This document shows, piece after piece, positions 37,783 to 43,692 of a stretch of 43,692 bases of DNA. The stretch is from positions 1 to 43,692 of the forward strand of contig NW_021835067.1 in NCBI RefSeq assembly GCF_006345805.1, in the 5' to 3' direction. Below the pieces are notes generated by a model. That model ran no database searches and was not told the DNA's origin. It saw only the letters and a program-made list of their open reading frames with translations. The position numbers and the translations under genes were made by a program. Every line of letters starts with the position of its first letter. Positions within the stretch are counted from its first letter, which is position 1. The stretch comes from Octopus sinensis. Its lineage: Eukaryota.

Positions 37783-39160
37783 TAAAGCGGCGTTAGCACG
37801 CTGGGCGAAATGCTTAGCGGTATTTCGTCTGCCGCTACGTTCTGAGTTCAAATTCCGCCGAGGTCGACTTTGCCTTTCATCCTTTCGGGGTCGATAAATT
37901 AAATTACCAGTTACGCACTGGGGTCGATATCATCGACTTAATACCTATGTCTGTCCTTGTTTGTCCCCTCTGTGTTTAGCCCCTTGTGGGTAATAAAGAA
38001 ATAGGTATTTCGTCTGCCGCTACGTTCTGAGTTCAAATACCGCCGGGGTCGACTTTGCCTTTCATACTTTCGGGGTCGATTAAATAAGTACCAGTTACGT
38101 ACTGGGGTCGATATAATCGACTTAATCCGTTTGTCTGTTCTTGTTTGTCCTCTTTATGTTTAGCCCTTTGTGGGTAGTAAAGAAATAGGTATTTCGCCCG
38201 TCGCTACGTTCTAAGTTCAAATTTAGTCATGGTCGACTTTGCCATTCATCCTTTCGGGGTCGATAAATTATGTACCAGTTGCGTACTGGGGTCGATCTAA
38301 TTGACTGGTCCCCTTTCCAAAAAATTCGGGCCTTGTACTTAAAGTAGAAAAGAATATATTTAAAGGCGGCGAGCTGGCAGAAACGTTAGCGCGCCGTGCG
38401 AAATGTCTTAGTAGTAAGTGTATTCGGCTCACGATCATAAAGTTGTGAGATCGATTTCTGCCCGAGTCCAGTAAGCTGGCAAAAATGAGTTATAAATGTA
38501 TTTTAAGGGACCCGCCTTGTCGCAATCTGTGTCACGCTGAGGCGGCGAGCTGGTAGAAACGTTAGCACGCCGGGCGAAATGTTTAGCGGTATTTCATCTG
38601 CCGCTACGTTCTGAGTTCAAATTCCGCTGAGGTTGACTTTGCCTTTCATCCTTTCGGGGTCGATTAAATAAGTACCAGTTACGCATGGGGTCGATATAAT
38701 CGAGTTAATCCGTTTGTCTGTCCTTGTTTGTCCTCTCTGTGTTTAGCCTTTTGTGAGTAGTAAAGAAATAAGTATTTCGTCTGCTGTTACGTTCTTAGCA
38801 CAAATTCAGCCGAGGCTGACTTTGCCTTTCATCCTTTCGGGGTCGATAAATAAAGTACCAGTTACGCACTGGGGTCGATCTAATCGACTGGCCTTCTCCC
38901 CAAAAATAAAATTGCGGGCCTTGTGCCTAAAGTAGAAAAGATTATTGTAAGCCTGTGAGCTGGCAGAATACTTAGTACGCTGGGCGAAATGCTTAGCGGA
39001 ATTTCGTCTGTCTTTACGTTCTGAGTTCAAATTCTGCCGAGGTCGACTTTGCCTTCGATCCTTTCGGGGTCGATGAATTAAGAACCAGTTGCGTACTGGG
39101 ATTGATCTAATCGACTGGGACCTTCCCTAAAAATTTTGGGCCTTGTGCCTAGAGTAAAAA
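37783..39160 (+). mobile_element. array of SINE M multimers (trimer 37783-38355, lone head ~38365-38410, dimer 38540-38946, monomer 38950-39160)
   Basis: Module starts at 37819, 38004, 38188 and at 38588, 38771 (183-185 bp period). Confidence 0.9.
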
Positions 39161-39310
39161 AAATCTGTGCCGTGTTGAATCTCCATGAGAACTACATTAA
39201 ATGTACACACGTTTGTGGAGTGCTCAGTCATTTACACGTTAATTCAACGAGAAGGCCGTTCCGTTGATTGAACCAACTGGAACTCACGCCGCAGTACACG
39301 AGGAAATGAC
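38420..39310 (+). mobile_element. SINE family N split by a nested SINE M insertion
   Basis: The left part ends ATCTGTGTCACGCTGA (~38540). The right part resumes ATCTGTGCCGTGTTGAATCTCCATGAGAAC (~39163) and matches the reverse complement of 490-600. Confidence 0.55.
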
Positions 39311-39662
39311 CGTTTTAATTACAATGCTTCCTACTGCGTCAATAGCTGCTTTGTGGTGGCCGTTTTTATTGTGGTTATTGTAGAGCGAGTACGCCATTAC
39401 TATTGTTTCTTTTCGTTAGTCAAATGATTTTGAACATTTAGATCCAGTGAGTGATTTAAGTTTTGTTTTTTTGTTTTTTGCCATATTATATCCAGATTTA
39501 ATTTATCCGTGTTTTCATCGCATATAATTCATAATGGCGGTTTTTTTCCTGTCTATAACGGTATTGTTGTATCATTTACCCACCCTTTTCATGTATTTTT
39601 ATCGACATTATTGATTTTGCAACAGCCAGCCTAAGTCCTGGAGGTTATGTACATACATACAA

Positions 39663-39707
<45 letters not shown>

Positions 39708-40537
39708 AGTATACATGTATATATGTATGTATGTATACAATGTGTTTATATTATGTGTGTGTGTGTGTGTGTGTATGTGTGTGCATTCAGCCAAAATGTG
39801 CCGGGTATACAAACACATACATCAGAGTTGTAGCGAGGAACCGACCGTATTGTCTATATTCAGTTTTATGCAACAATCATTAGTACAGCAAAGCACAGCG
39901 GTTATAATGCCGAATAGGCTGTAGAAAGTGTTGCAATATTTTTGGGGGGCCGAATATATTCTAAGTTCAAATCCCAACCAGTTCAGTATTATCTTTTAAT
40001 CTTTAAGAGTTCAAGAAATCATCAAAACACTATGAATTCAATGAATTCTTCTGGCAGCAATCATATAATAGATATTCTATTTTGCCAAGAGTGGAAGGGA
40101 CGAAAGTATATATGTGTCTTTTCAACTAGTGACACGAAGTTATGCTCGATTGCTAGTGACAACTGGAAATTTAGTCCTTTATTTATTATAGAAAATGCAA
40201 TCAATACTATGAATTAATCGGGATAATGTCAAAAAAACCCTTTAGTGTATTAAGTTACTCTCTACATTCTTAGTTAAAATTCAGTTTGTAATTCACCCTT
40301 TGACGATCGATAACGCAGCTATTTGTTGATAATATAAACTGATGTACCTAAAATCGACTGCCCACCCTCCTAAAACTTTTGTTCTTGCGGTAATTTTAGA
40401 GCGTAATTGAATCAAAAATCGGTGGATTTATCTTATTACATAAAACCAATAAACGTGACAAAATCCCAAGATTGACTTAGCCTTTCATATTTCTGGTCTC
40501 TAGTAAATGTACCTACCAAATATTAGGATAAATACAT

Positions 40538-41405
40538 ATGACTTTGTACTTTAGGTGTAACCTATGTTTCGAAAGCGTTCTTCCAATATGGCTGACCTTA
40601 GTTTTCTGCACACAAGATTTGTGCACAAAACATCCTTACCTTGACATTCCCTTCTTTAATCTAGAACTTAGGAAGCTGTACACAATTTGCTTGTTACAGT
40701 TGTTTCTGTATGTATTTCTGTATCGTAATTCGGGTGGGGCTGACTCAGAAAAGTATTTCATTGAAAATACTCTTCTCGTAATATTCCGAGATTTTGCATA
40801 TCCGTCCATGTATTTAGAGTTACTTTTAACTGTAGTGACGGAGACAGCGAATGTTGAAGTTTTCAATGGAACTTAAGAAGTTCCGACCCTCTCACACATC
40901 GAAAAGTAATTCCGTTTACATGATAGTATCTTTGTTTCGTTTCGTAAATAGTTTGTTGGCGTAAACCGTTTACAGATTTTATGTTGAGTGGATAATTGTT
41001 TTGTGTTCTTGTTTTTGCAGTGTATTGGGGTTTGCTGGGAAACTAAAATAAGCAACAATAAAAACATTGGGTAACCAGGCAGGGTTGGCATAATCGATAA
41101 TTGATCAAATTGGCATAATCGATGATTGATCAAATGTATCATTTGTATAACCTTGGACTATGTTTTTTAGTGACTAAATGTAGCAGCGAGAAGTCGAAAT
41201 AATCCCTGCGGGCATCTTATATTCAGGTCTTGATTGAGACAGAAGGATAAAATTTGAACGAGATTCCGAGCACAGAGACTGTGGTATTGTGAGATTTTAA
41301 ATACAGAAGCTTGATACCAACTGTTTCATGCAATGCAAAAATTTGAAACTTTTCGACTGTAGTCTCAATAATACTGCCTATCCAGTTCATGGCTGGAAAA
41401 AAACA
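40538..41405 (+). pseudogene. possible heavily decayed LRR gene remnant
   Basis: By-eye motifs: FVGVNRLQILC*VDN; KISNNKNIG; VEIIPAGILYSGL; KLDTNCFMQCKNLKLFDCSLNN. The frame change between motifs equals a 25-bp tandem duplication at 41085-41134. Many stops. Confidence 0.25.
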
Positions 41406-42204
41406 ATAACTCACACGCTCACGCGCACACACTCACACACACACACATTGTTGCGTTTTGGGATGATCATTACGTCAATAATAAACACATGACACGCACT
41501 GATTCAATTCCACTTCTTTGTTATTAGTCGATTGGTTAGCTTTTTAACCTACCAACTAATCGAGGTGGTTGGTTAGTAATATTGTGGAAGCCTCACAAAC
41601 ACAGAGAACAGTATTTTCGCTAAGACAGAATAGCCGAGCGAAGGCAATGCTCTCTCGCAGACGTTGTTTGAAATATTATTGACTTCTAGGCCGTTATGAA
41701 TGATATATACGTGTAAGGACGAGGTTATATTGTAACTATAAGTTTCAATAAAATCAGAGTCCGATGTGATAACTAGGAGGATAAATTATGAGCACAATAT
41801 GCATAGATCATATAAAATGCTGACAATATTTTTTTATTATAACGTCTGCAAATATTGCACAAAACCATCTAACAATTTCGCATACCATATCTCCCTCATC
41901 TCCATATATACATGCGCATATATATCATTCTTTCTCACTTTGCATGCGTTGGTGCTTTGTGTGCATGTGCGTATATGCACAGATATATATATATATATAT
42001 ATATATGTATACACACACACATACTCATAATTGTACGTGTTTATTTGTGTGTGTTTATACATGGAGATAAACAATTATGCTTTTGGTTTACGTATACATG
42101 TATATAGGTATGTGTGTGTGTATGCATAAATATATGTATGTATATATATATATTATCTATATATGTGTGTGGTGTGTGTGTATATATATATGCATGAATA
42201 TGTA

Positions 42205-42269
<65 letters not shown>

Positions 42270-42419
42270 ATGCATATATGCATATATGCATATATGCATA
42301 CACGCACACACTCATTATCATGTTGAGATTTACAGCATCAATAACACTATATCTTGACATATAAGTTTTTTGTGAGCCGTTCTTTATACGAGCGCATTGA
42401 TAGCTAATCAGAGACACAC

Positions 42420-42456
<37 letters not shown>

Positions 42457-42989
42457 AACATACACTGACACATACACACACTCAAAACTACACACATATG
42501 AATATGCATATATATGTTTATATATAAATTTGTGTGCGTGTGTGTGTGTATGTACGCTTGTTGATGCATATATTGTACGTATATGTATTGTGTATATATA
42601 CATGTCTGTGTGTGTGTGTGTGTGTGTACTGAATGAGCATAAACATCACATAAACAATAATATTATTTGCATAGTTCTGTTCTTGTTGTTCTTGTTTTCT
42701 GTAGGTTCTTCACAATCCGTTATAGATGTCGCTGCTGCCGATGATTTTGTTGTTACACGAAGATGATTTCTTCTACCAACTCTCTACAAATTGTTCCATT
42801 CTGTATTCTTCTTGTTGTTATTGTTATTGTCGTTGTTGGTGGTGGTGATGGTAGTGGTGGTGGTGGTGTTTATCTTTCTCTTGTATTTAATTTTCCTTTT
42901 TTGTTATTTTCCTGTTTTTTTTCGTTGCCGCCTCTCTTCCCCATTTCTTCTCTCTCTCTTCTTCATATCTTCATCATCAACACCAACAA

Positions 42990-43505
42990 CATGAACACAT
43001 CATCATCATCATCTTCTTCTTCTTCTTCTTCTTCTTCTTCTTCTTCTTCTTCTTCTTCTTCCTCTCCTTCACCTCCTTCTTCCCCTTATTCTTCTTCATC
43101 TTCTTCCTTTCCTTTTTCGCATTCTTCCATTTCTTCTTCTCCTCCTTTCTCTTCTTCCTCTCCTTCCTCTTCTCCCACTTCTCATTATCCCCACCCACCA
43201 TCCTTTCCTCCTTCCGCCCCTGCTTCTTTTCTCTTCTTTCCGTCCCTCTGCATTTGTCTCTCCTTCCACTACCACCACCACCCACCACCACGCACCACTC
43301 TTATTCTCCTCTTCCGCCTCCTGTTTCTCATATTTTTCTTTCTCTCTTCTTCCCCCCCCATCACCTATTTTCATCTCCTTTCCTCATTCCTTCTCTCTCT
43401 CCCTCTTTCTCTCTCTAATACTCTCCTTCCTCCAGTCTTTCCCTTTTACTCTTCTACTACACCCTCACTCTATTCACCTAACCCCACCACCACCACCACC
43501 ACTCA
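42990..43505. repeat. (TCT)n/(CCT)n/(CT)n pyrimidine-rich low-complexity tract
   Basis: Read directly. Confidence 0.9.
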
Positions 43506-43692
43506 CTGCAAATTGAACATCTCAACTACAACATGTCTTCGCATTATTCTAAAGAATTACGACCGACATTGGACAGGTTTTTGCCATTCTCCGAAATTTA
43601 TTATAAAATTATGAACGTAGAATATAGTTTACAGATGCGTGTGCTACATTATTTAGATATTTTTATGCCTTCTTCTAATAACATTCCTGCAG

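Noticed and set aside
37783-39160. Regularly spaced repeats superficially like a CRISPR array
   Set aside because: The units are ~184-bp homologous SINE modules with no unique spacers, in eukaryotic DNA with no cas genes.

Overview
AT-rich, microsatellite-dense eukaryotic DNA. The SINE motifs resemble those I recall from Octopus genomes, so the taxon is an inference. No intact protein-coding gene is supportable: most ORFs in the track are translated (TA)n, (CA)n, (TTA)n or (ATG)n repeats or SINE sequence. The window holds four tRNA-derived SINE types, mariner-type and hAT MITEs, a Helentron-like element, an RTE LINE 3' fragment, and two copies of a ~0.55-kb element sitting in (TTA)n tracts. 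The strongest unexpected signal is a set of type I hammerhead ribozyme (HHR) folds from four unrelated families, all in or beside microsatellites. They are at 14283-14352 (-), 31150-31195 and 37168-37213 (+), 35867-35944 (-), and 36410-36456 (-) with 36716-36762 (+). Two families sit in ~342-355 bp head-to-tail repeats whose HHR is enclosed by long stems, which is the architecture of non-autonomous retrozymes that make circular RNAs. A weaker signal, possibly chance, is a series of decayed LRR/TIR-like (Toll-like receptor-like) reading-frame remnants on the + strand. All alignments and folds were done by eye, and family names come from recalled motifs, not database searches.
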